64,000 nt of DNA from an uncultured Candidatus Saccharibacteria bacterium (GTDB lineage Bacteria; Patescibacteriota; Minisyncoccia; Phycocordibacterales; CAIZLB01), in contig CAZVIP010000004.1 of assembly GCA_964627085.1 (NCBI GenBank), positions 14,751 through 78,750 of the forward strand, written 5' to 3'. The position numbers and the translations under genes are program-made. The stretch's first letter is position 1. The number at the start of each line of letters is the position of its first letter. The notes beneath the pieces were generated by a model. That model worked only from the letters and a program-made list of their open reading frames with translations, searched no databases and had not been told where the DNA came from. Shown here piece by piece: positions 37,952-49,240 of the stretch.

Positions 37952-39697
37952 ATGATCAGCGAAACAAATACTCAAAACACAGGCAATAGTGCACTCACTA
38001 AAGACAAACTCGCTGGAGACAAAGCGATTATCACAGTTGCTTCGAATAAATTTTTTCCATCACTCCTCAACCTCATCGGATCGATCAAAAAGTTTAATCC
38101 TGAGCTTCCAATCTATGTCTATGACCTTGGATTATTCAAAACATTTAGAGATGAGGTCTCCTCTATTCCTGGTGTTACTATGTGCGAAATTGAAATGGAA
38201 ACTGATTTTTGGCGCGCATGCTATACATGGAAGTCAGGTATTTTCAAAAGACCAAAAGCTAAATTGAATTTATATCTTGATGCCGGCAATGAACTCCTCC
38301 GCCCTATTGATGAAATGTTTGCCCTGATTGAAAAGCAAGGATATTTAGTTGTTGAGCAAATCGCACCAATTAGTGACATTACTCCAAGTGACTATATATC
38401 TAAATTTAATATCAGTTCGGAAGTACTCCAAAAAAACGCCATCACCGCTGGAATCTTTGGTTTCAGCATTGAGTATAAACCGGTACAAGATATTATTGAA
38501 AAACTATACGAAGCCTCAAAACAAGGTTATTGTCTCGGTTTCTCGAAAATTGATCTCTGGAAAAATAAGGGAGTAAATAAAACAGAATACGTGCGAGATT
38601 GCAAAATCTTCCGCCATGACACAACGCTTTTTAGTCTCTTCTTACGTCGTGACATTCCTGATTTGCAAGTTGGCAAATTTGAACTGTATGGTGGCTCGCA
38701 TTCAAAAGATTATCCAGGTCAGTTCCTCTGGAATATGCGCATGAATTACAGCAAGCTTATATATTTGAAGGACGCACACAAACTAGCAAAAAACAAAATC
38801 TCCAGCACACTAAACACAATACTCATCAACCTATTTATCTTTTTTAAAAACATCAGACTTATGACCAAAAAAGCTTTTTCATTAATTCCAAAAGATGTAT
38901 ACGCAAAGACATTTGGCGACAATCTAATGTTCATGGATGGCTATCACGAGTATCCAGATCATTCGAATGTTCGCTATTACCATAGAAAAAAAGCATATGT
39001 TGTTAACTCTTTCATTCAAGAGCATGCTTCAGCTGAATTATCATTTTTGGATGCAGGCGCTGGCACTGGTCCATATAGCAAAATCGGTAGTATCGCAGGT
39101 TTCAAAAAGGTATATGTATATGAATATGACCAAAAAGAATTAGACAGAGCCAAAATTAATTTGTCGCAAATCAATCAACCTTCAAATATATTCGACTTTG
39201 AAAAAGTCGATCTCAAGTCAATTCCACTACCTGAAAACGCTGTAGACATCTGTGTCTGCTCTGAAGTACTTGAACATATTCCCGAAGAACATTTGGCAGC
39301 AGCTGAATTGTATAGAGTCATGAAGCCAGGCGGAAAAATGCTTTTCTCCATGCCAAATGGACAAAGTCTTTTTTACAAAAAAATTCGCCCTAGCCTCAAA
39401 GACTTACTTGCAGTGCCAATCGATACCCTGCCGTATCCAGATTGGGAACGAGTGCGTCACATAAGCTTTACTTCAAAAAAGATTGAGAAATTGCTGACAG
39501 ATGCCGGTTTTATTATCTATAAAAGACGTGGTGTGAATGTACTCCCGCTCCCAACCGGCCTTCGAGAAAAACTTGAAACCAAGCTACCTTTCCTATTTAG
39601 ATTGTTTGTTAAATTTGATAGACTTCTATCTGTAGTCTTGCCACGATATGGCTCATTCTACTTTGTTGAAGTATACAAACCAAATCAAAAAAACTAA
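37952..39697 (+). CDS. Bifunctional protein: N-terminal nucleotide-sugar-transferase-like domain (tentative) plus C-terminal class I SAM methyltransferase
   Basis: The C-terminal half has LDAGAGTGPY (motif I) and MKPGGKMLF. The N-terminal ~330 aa is glycosyltransferase-like. Confidence 0.5.
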   Translation: MISETNTQNTGNSALTKDKLAGDKAIITVASNKFFPSLLNLIGSIKKFNPELPIYVYDLGLFKTFRDEVSSIPGVTMCEIEMETDFWRACYTWKSGIFKRPKAKLNLYLDAGNELLRPIDEMFALIEKQGYLVVEQIAPISDITPSDYISKFNISSEVLQKNAITAGIFGFSIEYKPVQDIIEKLYEASKQGYCLGFSKIDLWKNKGVNKTEYVRDCKIFRHDTTLFSLFLRRDIPDLQVGKFELYGGSHSKDYPGQFLWNMRMNYSKLIYLKDAHKLAKNKISSTLNTILINLFIFFKNIRLMTKKAFSLIPKDVYAKTFGDNLMFMDGYHEYPDHSNVRYYHRKKAYVVNSFIQEHASAELSFLDAGAGTGPYSKIGSIAGFKKVYVYEYDQKELDRAKINLSQINQPSNIFDFEKVDLKSIPLPENAVDICVCSEVLEHIPEEHLAAAELYRVMKPGGKMLFSMPNGQSLFYKKIRPSLKDLLAVPIDTLPYPDWERVRHISFTSKKIEKLLTDAGFIIYKRRGVNVLPLPTGLREKLETKLPFLFRLFVKFDRLLSVVLPRYGSFYFVEVYKPNQKN

Positions 39698-40566
39698 TGC
39701 CCCAAAAACAGCAATCAAAAGCAGAGCAGATTATCCGGCTTATTCTTAGAAAATTAAGAGCAGTCATTTATCGAACCATTGACCTCTTTACCCCTTATGT
39801 CACTCACCGCAACTATCTCGGATATGCGCTTTACTATACGAGAGGAACCGGCCTCATAGAGCGCATTCGATTTCTTTCTCCAAAGAAAATATATGAACCG
39901 GAGCTTTGTGATGCAATTATTAAATCAATTGAGGAAAAGAGAAAGACAAAATCCAATCCAAATGATGCGATAAACTTTTTTGATGTTGGTGCAAATATCG
40001 GACTTATCAGTCTCTATATTTTGAGACATTCACCAAATACACAGGTTTTTGCTTTTGAGCCTGGTAGTAGACAGCGAGCCCAGCTTGAGACAACAGTATG
40101 CGCAAATCATCTAGAGAATATAACTGTGCTTCCTTATGCACTTTCTTTTGAAGCAGGCGTTACTTCATTTAGCACAAGTATCAATGATAGAGATGTCGGC
40201 GGTGACGGCCTCATTGATACAGGTAGATCACATGGAGCAAAAAAAGAAATCGTAGATACAATGACACTTGATGCATTTGTATCAAGCAGAAAAGTCTCTG
40301 CAGATATCATTAAAATTGATATCGAAGGCGCCGAACTCTGGGCACTAAAAGGCATGATAAATATAATTGAAAATGATAAGCCAATTATATTTTTTGAAAT
40401 GTCACCACTTAACCTTGAAGTGTATCCATACAAGGCTGATGACATTATTAACTTTTTCACAGAAAGAAAATACTCAATTACTAATACAAATGGCATAGTA
40501 TGCACAAGTTCTAATTTTGAAGAACTTGCAGCGCACGATGATATGTTCATCGCGAGACCGCTTTAA
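39697..40566 (+). CDS. FkbM-family methyltransferase
   Basis: FFDVGANIGLISLYI and FAFEP motifs characteristic of FkbM. Confidence 0.7.
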   Translation: MPQKQQSKAEQIIRLILRKLRAVIYRTIDLFTPYVTHRNYLGYALYYTRGTGLIERIRFLSPKKIYEPELCDAIIKSIEEKRKTKSNPNDAINFFDVGANIGLISLYILRHSPNTQVFAFEPGSRQRAQLETTVCANHLENITVLPYALSFEAGVTSFSTSINDRDVGGDGLIDTGRSHGAKKEIVDTMTLDAFVSSRKVSADIIKIDIEGAELWALKGMINIIENDKPIIFFEMSPLNLEVYPYKADDIINFFTERKYSITNTNGIVCTSSNFEELAAHDDMFIARPL

Positions 40567-40599
40567 TCCCCACATAATTAATATCTAACATCTTTATAT

Positions 40600-41439
40600 A
40601 TGAAAATAAGCCTCATCAGTTCCCTATACCGGACAGATAAACATATTGAAAACTGGCAGAAGAAACTAGAGGAATTTGCCGTCAAAGCCGGAGAGAAAAA
40701 TATTGATTTTGAAATTGTCGCTGTTTCAAATGATCCAACAGAGATTGAGACGAAGGTACTTGATGCGCTCGTCCAAAAGCCATGGTTCAAATTAGTTATT
40801 GTAGAAAGAGAAAGTATCTATGCCTCATGGAATCGTGGCATCAACAATGCTTCAGGAGAAATTTGTGGTTTTTGGAATGTAGACGATATTCGTTTTATTG
40901 AAGCCATCGAAGAAGGGCTCAAAGTGTTTAGTGCTGACAGTTCAAGTACCAATACAACAGTAGACTCAACCACAGAGACAACTAACACGGATCAGAAGCC
41001 TAGTATCGACATTGTTTACTTCCCTTTTATCTACAAACGATATATCAATATTCTCGGTCTCAAAGTTTTGGTCAAAAGAAAATTAATTGTCCCACCGGAA
41101 TTTGAAAAGAATGAATTCATCCGATCAATGCATTCAGGTCCGTTTTTCATATTCAGAAAATCATCATATGAAAAAGTTGGCCCATTTGATCCACTTTCAA
41201 GAGTTGTCGGAGACTATGAATGGTGTGCGAGAGCATCGAGTATGGGATTCACTTTCAGGCACGTACCTGTGAGTGCAGGGCTTTTCGCAAATGACGGAAC
41301 AACTTTAAGTGGAAGCAAGAGTTTGACTCATACCAAAGAACTCATCGAAGTATTCAAGAAATACAATATCAAAGATAAGCAGGAGCAATTTGAGAAGATT
41401 TTGGCTGAAAAAATGAAAGCTCAAGAAAAAGGAAAATAA
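40600..41439 (+). CDS. Glycosyltransferase, GT-A fold (GT2-like)
   Basis: N-terminal ISLISSLYRTDKHI resembles the GT2 start. It has a DxD-like WNVDDI. Confidence 0.45.
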   Translation: MKISLISSLYRTDKHIENWQKKLEEFAVKAGEKNIDFEIVAVSNDPTEIETKVLDALVQKPWFKLVIVERESIYASWNRGINNASGEICGFWNVDDIRFIEAIEEGLKVFSADSSSTNTTVDSTTETTNTDQKPSIDIVYFPFIYKRYINILGLKVLVKRKLIVPPEFEKNEFIRSMHSGPFFIFRKSSYEKVGPFDPLSRVVGDYEWCARASSMGFTFRHVPVSAGLFANDGTTLSGSKSLTHTKELIEVFKKYNIKDKQEQFEKILAEKMKAQEKGK

Positions 41440-41441
41440 TA

Positions 41442-42545
41442 ATGAAAAAAATTGTCCTTGCACCAATTAAAAATGAAGGTTGGATCCTGGAGACTTTTCT
41501 CAAAAACATTTCTTTTGCGGACCATATTATTTTGGCTGACCAAAATTCAAGTGACAATACAAAAGATATTCTTTCAAAATATCCAAATATCACTTGTATC
41601 AAAAATGAATTTGAAGGACATAGTAATAAAATCAGGTGGGCACTTCTGCACGAAGCCCGGAAAATTCCTGGTGACAAATTAATTTTCTGTCTTGATGCAG
41701 ATGAAATAATCAGCAAAGAAGCCTTTGAATGGACAATAGCAAAAGCAGAAGATCAGTTACAGGCAAATAGCGCGAACACTCAAGCACAAGCTTCTTTGCC
41801 ACTGCGCTTTTCTTATGCCTGGATACAACTATGTAGCGATATACACAAATATCGAAACGATGGCGTCTGGCAAAACAACACTCGCGCAATAGCATTCACT
41901 GATTTTGATTCTCATGAAAAAGTGGAATATAACAGACAGGAAGTTATCAATGACCATACAGACAGACTACCAATCAGTAGTAATCAAATAAGTCTTGATT
42001 GCCCGCACCCAGTTCTACACCTCCACTTCCTTGCAGAAAATAGATCATATATCAAACAAGCCTGGTATATGTGTCAGGAATTGATAAAGAGAAGCCCGCA
42101 GAGTCCAATCACCCAGCACCTATCTCACGATCAACACAGTCAAGCGGCGGTATCTCATGAGGCAAAAACACAGAATCTCCCACCCTCTTCCCTCTACAAA
42201 AAAATTAATTTCCAATATTCAGGCTCACTTATTGTTGATACAAAAAAATTATTACCTACACCCGAAGACTGGCTTGCAGATATTGATTTCCCGGAGACAT
42301 CTGTCTTCATGCAAAATGACAATATCAGACTAAGTGAGATTTTTGCATTGTTTGAGACTTACGGTGTTTTGTTTTTTGAAGGACTTGATATTTGGAATAA
42401 TCAAGCACTCGCGGAATATTTCACAGAACATACTGGCAAGAAACCGCATCCACAAAAATTCAATACTCTTGCAATCAATATATATCAATCAGTCCCAACA
42501 CCAATTAAGCGCATGCTAAAATACATTAAAACTAAAATCATTTAA
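41442..42545 (+). CDS. Glycosyltransferase family 2-like
   Basis: LAPIKNEGWIL...ILADQNSSDNT...LDADE (DxD motif). Confidence 0.55.
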   Translation: MKKIVLAPIKNEGWILETFLKNISFADHIILADQNSSDNTKDILSKYPNITCIKNEFEGHSNKIRWALLHEARKIPGDKLIFCLDADEIISKEAFEWTIAKAEDQLQANSANTQAQASLPLRFSYAWIQLCSDIHKYRNDGVWQNNTRAIAFTDFDSHEKVEYNRQEVINDHTDRLPISSNQISLDCPHPVLHLHFLAENRSYIKQAWYMCQELIKRSPQSPITQHLSHDQHSQAAVSHEAKTQNLPPSSLYKKINFQYSGSLIVDTKKLLPTPEDWLADIDFPETSVFMQNDNIRLSEIFALFETYGVLFFEGLDIWNNQALAEYFTEHTGKKPHPQKFNTLAINIYQSVPTPIKRMLKYIKTKII

Positions 42546-42550
42546 ACAAC

Positions 42551-43891
42551 ATGAAAAAACTAGCCAGATTCGCCTTTTTCGCCTCACCAAAATTTATCCG
42601 AAGATTGATTGTCCGCGCAGTTGAATATATGTGGCTTCAAAAAAGCCTACAAAGCCTCAAAAAATCACAGAGTCAGACGACAGGACAAATAAGCAATCAA
42701 AAAAGCCCCGCGAAAAATGAGGCAACAGCTATACAAAACAACGGTGGCAACAAAAGCACAGATGGCAAAATCAGCGTGCTCTTTTACCATATACACGGCC
42801 TTTCTTTTGGTGGAACAGAAAAAAACCTGCAAATACTTGCCAAATATCTAAACAAGGATAAGTACAATGTCTACTATGCATACGGCGTAAGCGAATCTAT
42901 GCCAACCTTAAAAAACAGAATTAGTTATTTTGAAAACACGAATGTGACATTGCTTCCGATTACTTACAGCGATATCGCCCCAACCCATCCATATGTCATA
43001 CATGACATGACTCCAACGCTCGCACAAATTATTGAAGGCAAAAAAATTGATTGCCTCGTGACCGCAACTCCTGGCCACACCATTTTTCCAATTAATACAA
43101 TTAAAAATATACCGATACTACTTATCAATATCTTCGGCTCTTTTTCTGTGCAAAAAAATATCACGAGAAATATAAATATCTCAGAAGAAGTGAAAAAGAG
43201 ATCGATGATTGTCTACAAAGAAAAAGGCAGTGAAGTTATGTATATCCCATCAGAAAGACCGATTATTGACCTTACTGCCGCAGCAAAAATTCGCGAAGAC
43301 TTTAGCATTAGTCCTGATGATTTTGTATTAGGTAGAATTGGCAGACCAGATGATGCCATCTTTGACCCTATTGCACTTAATGCACTTGCCTATGTCCAAA
43401 AAAATAATCCAGAAGAGTGCGCGCATATACATTTCATCATCATGGCGCCCGCACCTGCGATGATTAAAAAAGTAAAAGACGAACAAATAAAAAATGTTCA
43501 TTTCATTGAGCCGAACTCGGACAATACAGCCGTGTTTGCTTTTCATAATTCGATTGATTGTCTTGCGCATTCAAGACTAGATGGAGAATCATTTGGTCTC
43601 AACATTGCTGAATCAATGCTCTGCGCCAAACCAATACTGAGCCATGTCTCTCATATCTGGAATGCACATGCAGAATATTTAGACGATAGCTTCAGTCGCA
43701 TTGCAAAAAAAGATGATTTTGAAAGCTATGGTAAATCAATACTTGAGTTTTACAATATTTTCAAATCAGACCAAAACACCTGGCAGAATATGAAAAAAAT
43801 CTCAAAAGAAAAAGGAGAAAGATTATTTCTTATCGAAAACAATATCTCGACTTTCGAGCATTTTATTGATGTTGATACGAGCAAGAAATAG
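42551..43891 (+). CDS. GT4-family (GT-B) glycosyltransferase
   Basis: C-terminal E-x7-E motif (ESFGLNIAE). Confidence 0.55.
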   Translation: MKKLARFAFFASPKFIRRLIVRAVEYMWLQKSLQSLKKSQSQTTGQISNQKSPAKNEATAIQNNGGNKSTDGKISVLFYHIHGLSFGGTEKNLQILAKYLNKDKYNVYYAYGVSESMPTLKNRISYFENTNVTLLPITYSDIAPTHPYVIHDMTPTLAQIIEGKKIDCLVTATPGHTIFPINTIKNIPILLINIFGSFSVQKNITRNINISEEVKKRSMIVYKEKGSEVMYIPSERPIIDLTAAAKIREDFSISPDDFVLGRIGRPDDAIFDPIALNALAYVQKNNPEECAHIHFIIMAPAPAMIKKVKDEQIKNVHFIEPNSDNTAVFAFHNSIDCLAHSRLDGESFGLNIAESMLCAKPILSHVSHIWNAHAEYLDDSFSRIAKKDDFESYGKSILEFYNIFKSDQNTWQNMKKISKEKGERLFLIENNISTFEHFIDVDTSKK

Positions 43892-43976
43892 CGCCCATTA
43901 CGCCATAGGCCCATGCTTCGTGTGCTGACAACCCAAAACGACCCTTTGTTTGATGGGTACTATCTAAGGTATAATA

Positions 43977-44882
43977 GTGCGCATGAAATCCCATATACTC
44001 AATCTAATCTACAAAATCGCAGGTCTTGCCGGTATTAATATTTTGCTCTCAAAAAAAGGTACTGTACGCGAATCAGCTGTTAAATCCCCTCTCGGTTTTT
44101 GGTATATCGGCAATCTTTTCAATCGTAGTGATATTGCATACGGTATATTTCAGAATGGACAAGTTGAGATTGAGGAAGGTGCAGTCTTTTCACACCTTAT
44201 TGATATCCACCATGAAAAATTGGACAAAAGAGCAGCTGGCCTCCACATATACGATATCGGCGCACACACTGGATATTATTCCCTTTTCTCTGCTATCAAA
44301 GACAAACAATCAACAATCTATGCTTTTGAACCTGTTACTGAATATTTTGAAATTACAAAACAGAATATTGAATTAAATAATTTGAATGACAGAATTTCTG
44401 CTTTTAAAATTGGACTCAGTAATCAAAATGACAAAGCGCAAATCAATCTCGCAGGATCTGGAAGCAGTCTCAATACCGATATGGTTTCAACTGGCTCGAC
44501 CGAAGAAATTGATATTCGAACGCTGGACTCTTTTATCCAAGAAAAAAATCTTGCAATTCCTGACCTCATGAAAATCGATGTCGAAAGCCATGAACTCGCC
44601 ATGCTCGAAGGGATGAAAGAAACACTCGGGACACATAGACCTATCTTATTTATGGAAGTCATCAAATTACATCAAGGTAAAACAAATGCAAAATTTGACG
44701 CCACATTTGAATTTATGAAGGGATTAAACTATACAGCCTATTCACATTCATACAGAGGTGAACAGAATTCTCCTGAATACAAAATCTTTGATCCAAAAAA
44801 TACTGCGCCAGCTGCAATCGAAAACCTTGCCATGTATGTATTCGTGCCATCAGAGAAAGCAGAGATTTTGAAGCTTGTATAA
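43977..44882 (+). CDS. FkbM-family methyltransferase
   Basis: IYDIGAHTGYYSL and AFEPV motifs. A TATAAT lies 7 nt upstream of the in-frame ATG at 43983. Confidence 0.7.
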   Translation: MRMKSHILNLIYKIAGLAGINILLSKKGTVRESAVKSPLGFWYIGNLFNRSDIAYGIFQNGQVEIEEGAVFSHLIDIHHEKLDKRAAGLHIYDIGAHTGYYSLFSAIKDKQSTIYAFEPVTEYFEITKQNIELNNLNDRISAFKIGLSNQNDKAQINLAGSGSSLNTDMVSTGSTEEIDIRTLDSFIQEKNLAIPDLMKIDVESHELAMLEGMKETLGTHRPILFMEVIKLHQGKTNAKFDATFEFMKGLNYTAYSHSYRGEQNSPEYKIFDPKNTAPAAIENLAMYVFVPSEKAEILKLV

Positions 44883-45097
44883 TCATAGTCAGACATGCAA
44901 CTTCCTGTAAACACACCCTTAAAAGTAATTGCCTGGATAATATTTATATTCTTTGCATCTCTTATATTGCTAATTATTTTGAATCCTGGCTCAATGTCTG
45001 TCTAGTATCAAGCAAAAAACACCTTTCAGAAAAGGATAAAAATTGCTAAAATATAAGGAATTACAATTAATCCAGATTCAATCTGGCAAGCTTATTT

Positions 45098-46141
45098 ATG
45101 CGTCAAATTCTGAAACATTATCTATCCAAAGAGAACCGTCAAAAACTATTACGACTCGAAAGAACACTCAAACTATTCACAAGCCCGCGAGTGCTCAAGG
45201 ATTGGTATGACTACCGAAAAATGAATGAAGTTGTCGCAGACGATAGATTCACCACTGACCTCAAAGACATCTTCCCTATTTCTGGCGAGAATACAAAGTA
45301 CACAAGCTTTGACAGACATTATGTATATCACACAGCATGGGCAGTACGAGCCGTCAAAGAAATAAAAGAAGCAAGTCAGAATAGTAAAAATTTTAAGCAC
45401 ATAGATATTTCATCTAGTCTTTATTTTTCTGGTTTGCTTTCTGCATTTATTCCTGTTGATTTTTATGACTATAGACCAGCAGACCTTAGACTTTCTGGGC
45501 TTGCTACTATGCACGGTGATTTGATGGATTTACCTTTTGAAGACAATACTGTTGAATCAATTTCTTGTTTGCACACAATCGAACATGTTGGCCTTGGACG
45601 ATACGGCGATCCAATCGATCCACTCGGTGATACAAAGGCAATCAAACAACTTATGCGAGTCGTTGCTCCTGGAGGAAATTTACTTATCGTAGTACCTGTC
45701 GGTAAGCAGAGAATCGAATTTAATGCACATAGAATTTATAGCCCTTCATATATCAGAGATCTCATTTGCCAAGCCGGTGAATTTGAACTAAGTGAATATG
45801 CCTTTATCCCAGAGACTGACCGCGAAGGTGGCCTTGAGAGAGGTACTTCAATTATTAAAGGACAAAACAGTATGTATGCATGTGGATGTTTTTGGTTTAA
45901 AAAAATACGCAAAACTGAATCAGCGCCTGAGCAAAAGATAGATGTAAAAAATCCTGATAATGCCACTGCAGATGAAAATACAATAGACGGAGTTACATTC
46001 ATTCCAGAGACAGAAGTAAAACCACTTTTTGAGAACAATAAGAATAGCGCGGACAGTGCAACTGGAGAAACGTCAGACTCTGATGACTCAGCAGGTAACA
46101 CAAACAATTCTTCAAATTCTTCTTCGGAGGAAAGAATCTAA
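45098..46141 (+). CDS. SAM-methyltransferase-like protein (DUF268-like) with an acidic/Ser-rich C-terminal tail
   Basis: LHTIEHVGLGRYGDPIDP...VAPGGNLLIVVP is a methyltransferase type 11-like motif. The C-terminus is a low-complexity DS/N-rich region. Confidence 0.5.
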   Translation: MRQILKHYLSKENRQKLLRLERTLKLFTSPRVLKDWYDYRKMNEVVADDRFTTDLKDIFPISGENTKYTSFDRHYVYHTAWAVRAVKEIKEASQNSKNFKHIDISSSLYFSGLLSAFIPVDFYDYRPADLRLSGLATMHGDLMDLPFEDNTVESISCLHTIEHVGLGRYGDPIDPLGDTKAIKQLMRVVAPGGNLLIVVPVGKQRIEFNAHRIYSPSYIRDLICQAGEFELSEYAFIPETDREGGLERGTSIIKGQNSMYACGCFWFKKIRKTESAPEQKIDVKNPDNATADENTIDGVTFIPETEVKPLFENNKNSADSATGETSDSDDSAGNTNNSSNSSSEERI

Positions 46142-46176
46142 GCTCACCCTAATCAAACTCTAATCGAACCACCTGC

Positions 46177-47259
46177 ATGAATAATCCTGACCCAACCATC
46201 CCAGCAACAGATACAACTGCAAATATTCAGCACCCAAACCAAGTTAATGACGCAGGGATTGATACAAGGATTATAGTTTTGACTAGACCGCCTTTTTTCT
46301 GGAGTAAAGAGAGATTCAAGGACATCATCAAAAAAATAATTTATAGAAAGAGAGGTCCGAGTGCCGTTATTGAAGGTCTCCAGGAAGGACTGAGAGAAAT
46401 TGCACACTTCGGTTCAATACCTGTACTCTTTGATCCAAAAATAAAAAACATAAAAGAAACCGACATAGTCCATGTTCTCAAAGGTCATGAGACATTGCGT
46501 TTTTGTATTGACCTCAAGCGCGCAGGCAAAATAAAAAAATTAGTAGCAGGACCACTGATTGTGGTTGCACCAGAAGAACAAAACTCAATCATTGCAGATG
46601 ATGCTATTGATTTGATTTTGCTCCCATCAAAGTGGCCGAGGGATTATTATATTTCTCGTTTTCCAAAACTTGAGTCTAGGATCAAAATCTGGGCATCTGG
46701 CGTGAAAGATCCATTTGCAAAACTTGGCTCTAGCTCAGACAAAGAATCAAATCCGGATAACAAAGCCGCTTCACAAACCAATAACAAACCCTTTGTTATT
46801 TATGACAAAATTCCAGGAGAGGCACATGCTGTAGATATTTCAAATAGATTACAGGCAAAAAACATACAGACAAAAGTCTTCACATACGGAAGTTTTGACC
46901 AGAGAGATTTTTTTTCAGCGCTCGATAATTCAGCAGGAATGATCTACCTTTCCCTCTCTGAGAGCCAAGGACTCGCCTTGCAGGAGGCCTGGATTCGAGA
47001 TGTGCCCACTTTTGTTGTCAAAAATAATACGTGGTACCATAAAACAGATACTTGGAGTGATGAACAAATCAATGCACCGTACCTCACTTCTGAGACAGGA
47101 CTTTTCTTCAAAGATCCAGATGATTTAGAAAAAATTATTAATCAATACAGAGAAAGCAAAATCAGTTTCAACCCAAGACAATATTGCCTCACCAAGTTCA
47201 CCAATACCGAAAGCGCAAAAACATATCTACAGATAGTATCTGCACTACATAATAATTAA
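46177..47259 (+). CDS. GT4-like (GT-B) glycosyltransferase
   Basis: E-x7-E motif (ESQGLALQE). Confidence 0.45.
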   Translation: MNNPDPTIPATDTTANIQHPNQVNDAGIDTRIIVLTRPPFFWSKERFKDIIKKIIYRKRGPSAVIEGLQEGLREIAHFGSIPVLFDPKIKNIKETDIVHVLKGHETLRFCIDLKRAGKIKKLVAGPLIVVAPEEQNSIIADDAIDLILLPSKWPRDYYISRFPKLESRIKIWASGVKDPFAKLGSSSDKESNPDNKAASQTNNKPFVIYDKIPGEAHAVDISNRLQAKNIQTKVFTYGSFDQRDFFSALDNSAGMIYLSLSESQGLALQEAWIRDVPTFVVKNNTWYHKTDTWSDEQINAPYLTSETGLFFKDPDDLEKIINQYRESKISFNPRQYCLTKFTNTESAKTYLQIVSALHNN

Positions 47260-47273
47260 TAATCAAAAACAAT

Positions 47274-48191
47274 ATGACACCACAAGAAAAAGAAAATCTA
47301 ATACAGCTATTCGTCACAAAAGCACATTCGGCAGAAAAACTTCATAGCCGATTTTCAAGAATTGTTCGTGAACCGTGGAAGGCTATTCCCTTTTTCATCA
47401 TGCAAATCATTGCGAGAATCAAGCCTTTTGTTGTGTCATACAAAACATTCTGGGGCGACAAAGTGAAATTTTATTTACCAGAAGGAAATGCTGTTTACTA
47501 CTATGGTTTTTACGAGGCTGACCTCACTAACTTTTTCATTCGCTCAATCAAGGACGGTGATGTCTTTTTTGATATCGGCACACATATCGGGTTCTATACC
47601 CTACTCGCTAGTAATTTAGTGGGAGAAAGAGGTCAAGTCCACGGATTCGAACCAACACCTCGCACCTTCAATACCCTCAAGGAAAACACTGCGAGCAAAA
47701 AGAATATTTTCATTAACAATGTCGCTGTAATGGAAAAAGAATCCGAAATTGACTTCGTTGATTACGGACCAAAATACAGCGCCTTTAATACATATAACAC
47801 TCGCTCTGGCGAAGGTATGTCTTTCCTCACGAAACCACATCACTTCAAAGCCAGGACAATATCTATCGACACATACTGCAAAGAAAAAAATATCACCCCT
47901 ACAATTATGAAAATTGATGCCGAGGGTGCGGAGCATATCATCTTGCAATCAATGCCAGAGACAATCAAAAACGCCATGCCAATAATCACAATCGAAGTTG
48001 GTGGCGGTGAAGAATGGAAAGAAAACAATAACACTTCAATTGACTTCCTCCTCAGCCACGGCTATGAATGCTACGAAACAAATCTCGAAGGCAAAATAAA
48101 ATTACACGATAGACAACCTGTCTACCAATACGACAATCTCATCTTCATCCACAAAACAAAACTCGACAGGATTAAGGATATCTGTGCATAG
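47274..48191 (+). CDS. FkbM-family methyltransferase
   Basis: FFDIGTHIGFYTLLAS and GFEPTP motifs. Confidence 0.7.
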   Translation: MTPQEKENLIQLFVTKAHSAEKLHSRFSRIVREPWKAIPFFIMQIIARIKPFVVSYKTFWGDKVKFYLPEGNAVYYYGFYEADLTNFFIRSIKDGDVFFDIGTHIGFYTLLASNLVGERGQVHGFEPTPRTFNTLKENTASKKNIFINNVAVMEKESEIDFVDYGPKYSAFNTYNTRSGEGMSFLTKPHHFKARTISIDTYCKEKNITPTIMKIDAEGAEHIILQSMPETIKNAMPIITIEVGGGEEWKENNNTSIDFLLSHGYECYETNLEGKIKLHDRQPVYQYDNLIFIHKTKLDRIKDICA

Positions 48192-48224
48192 TCTCAAAAA
48201 AGTTATTTAATACCCAATATAAAA

Positions 48225-48247
48225 GCCCTGCGCGAATGCAACAGGGC
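48225..48247. terminator. Hairpin, T-rich on the minus strand; terminator for the minus-strand insert gene
   Basis: Stem gccctg / cagggc around an 11-nt loop. On the minus strand it is followed by ttttatattggg. Confidence 0.4.
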
Positions 48248-48337
48248 TGGAAGATTTAATGGTATATCTTGCCTTAACTTTCATCTTGAAGAATGGTGGC
48301 GCACCTACATGTTGTAAAGCGACCAAGATTCAAATAG

Positions 48338-49051
48338 TCAGATTAGACCGTCAGGTGAATAACCTAATTCAGCAGGAGTCTTTTTCTTACGGAAGATCCA
48401 GAACGTATCAGGGCCCCAAGGGAAGTTCGAACTTGAGGAGCGTGCACTGAAGCACACACGCGATTTCCCTATCCCAATATTGATCACTTTTGGATAATAA
48501 TCCAAAAGGTCAATAATCGGATTCATACCAATTCGAGTGTCACCGTCCAATGACATTCCGACACAAACGAAACAAAGATACGGCGCATCGCTTGCCTTGC
48601 ATAGCGCATAGCCATGTTTTGCAAGATTGTCTTCATTGAGAAACAACTCGGTCTCAGTATGTTCTGTATGTCCAAGCAACTCACGGAGAGTCCCTCTAAC
48701 AAACACAACACCATCCTCTAATTTCGCATCAAAGACAAACTTCGATTGCTGCACAAGGTTGCGGATACCTCCATCTACCTCAATCCCAACCTTGTCCGCT
48801 TTACCAACTGTATAAGAGACTTTGCTGAACCTTTCGAGAAGCTGGTCCCAGGTACTGCCACCGACCGGAATCTGCATGAAGAACTTCGCAGAGATTCCAC
48901 TAAGAGCAGATAAAATTTTTCCTGGAGTCATTCGAGACATCATTTTGAGTATTTCGACCCAAGTTTCATTCTTTTCCCCGGCCAATTGGTCGAGAATATT
49001 TTTTAACGGTCCGGAGATTAACCCCAAAGCGTCCCTAAGCATGGTATTCAT
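48338..49051 (-). CDS. Hypothetical protein, opposite-strand GC-richer insert inside the glycan operon
   Basis: The only minus-strand gene within a ~16 kb plus-strand cluster. Its composition differs from the flanking genes. No recognisable motifs. Confidence 0.4.
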   Translation of the reverse strand: MNTMLRDALGLISGPLKNILDQLAGEKNETWVEILKMMSRMTPGKILSALSGISAKFFMQIPVGGSTWDQLLERFSKVSYTVGKADKVGIEVDGGIRNLVQQSKFVFDAKLEDGVVFVRGTLRELLGHTEHTETELFLNEDNLAKHGYALCKASDAPYLCFVCVGMSLDGDTRIGMNPIIDLLDYYPKVINIGIGKSRVCFSARSSSSNFPWGPDTFWIFRKKKTPAELGYSPDGLI

Positions 49052-49240
49052 GGTTAGTTATCTTTCTGCTTTTTTTGTTTTTTTTGAATGCTGTATTGGT
49101 TTGGCCAAAGGTTTCACCACAGCAGAGAAAGACCCGTGTCGAGTCGCTCTGTGCTGGGGTGAAATCGCTTTGTGCGCTAATTTAAAGAACCTAAATTACG
49201 AGAATACCATACAATATTTACGCGAATAGCACAAGTACTG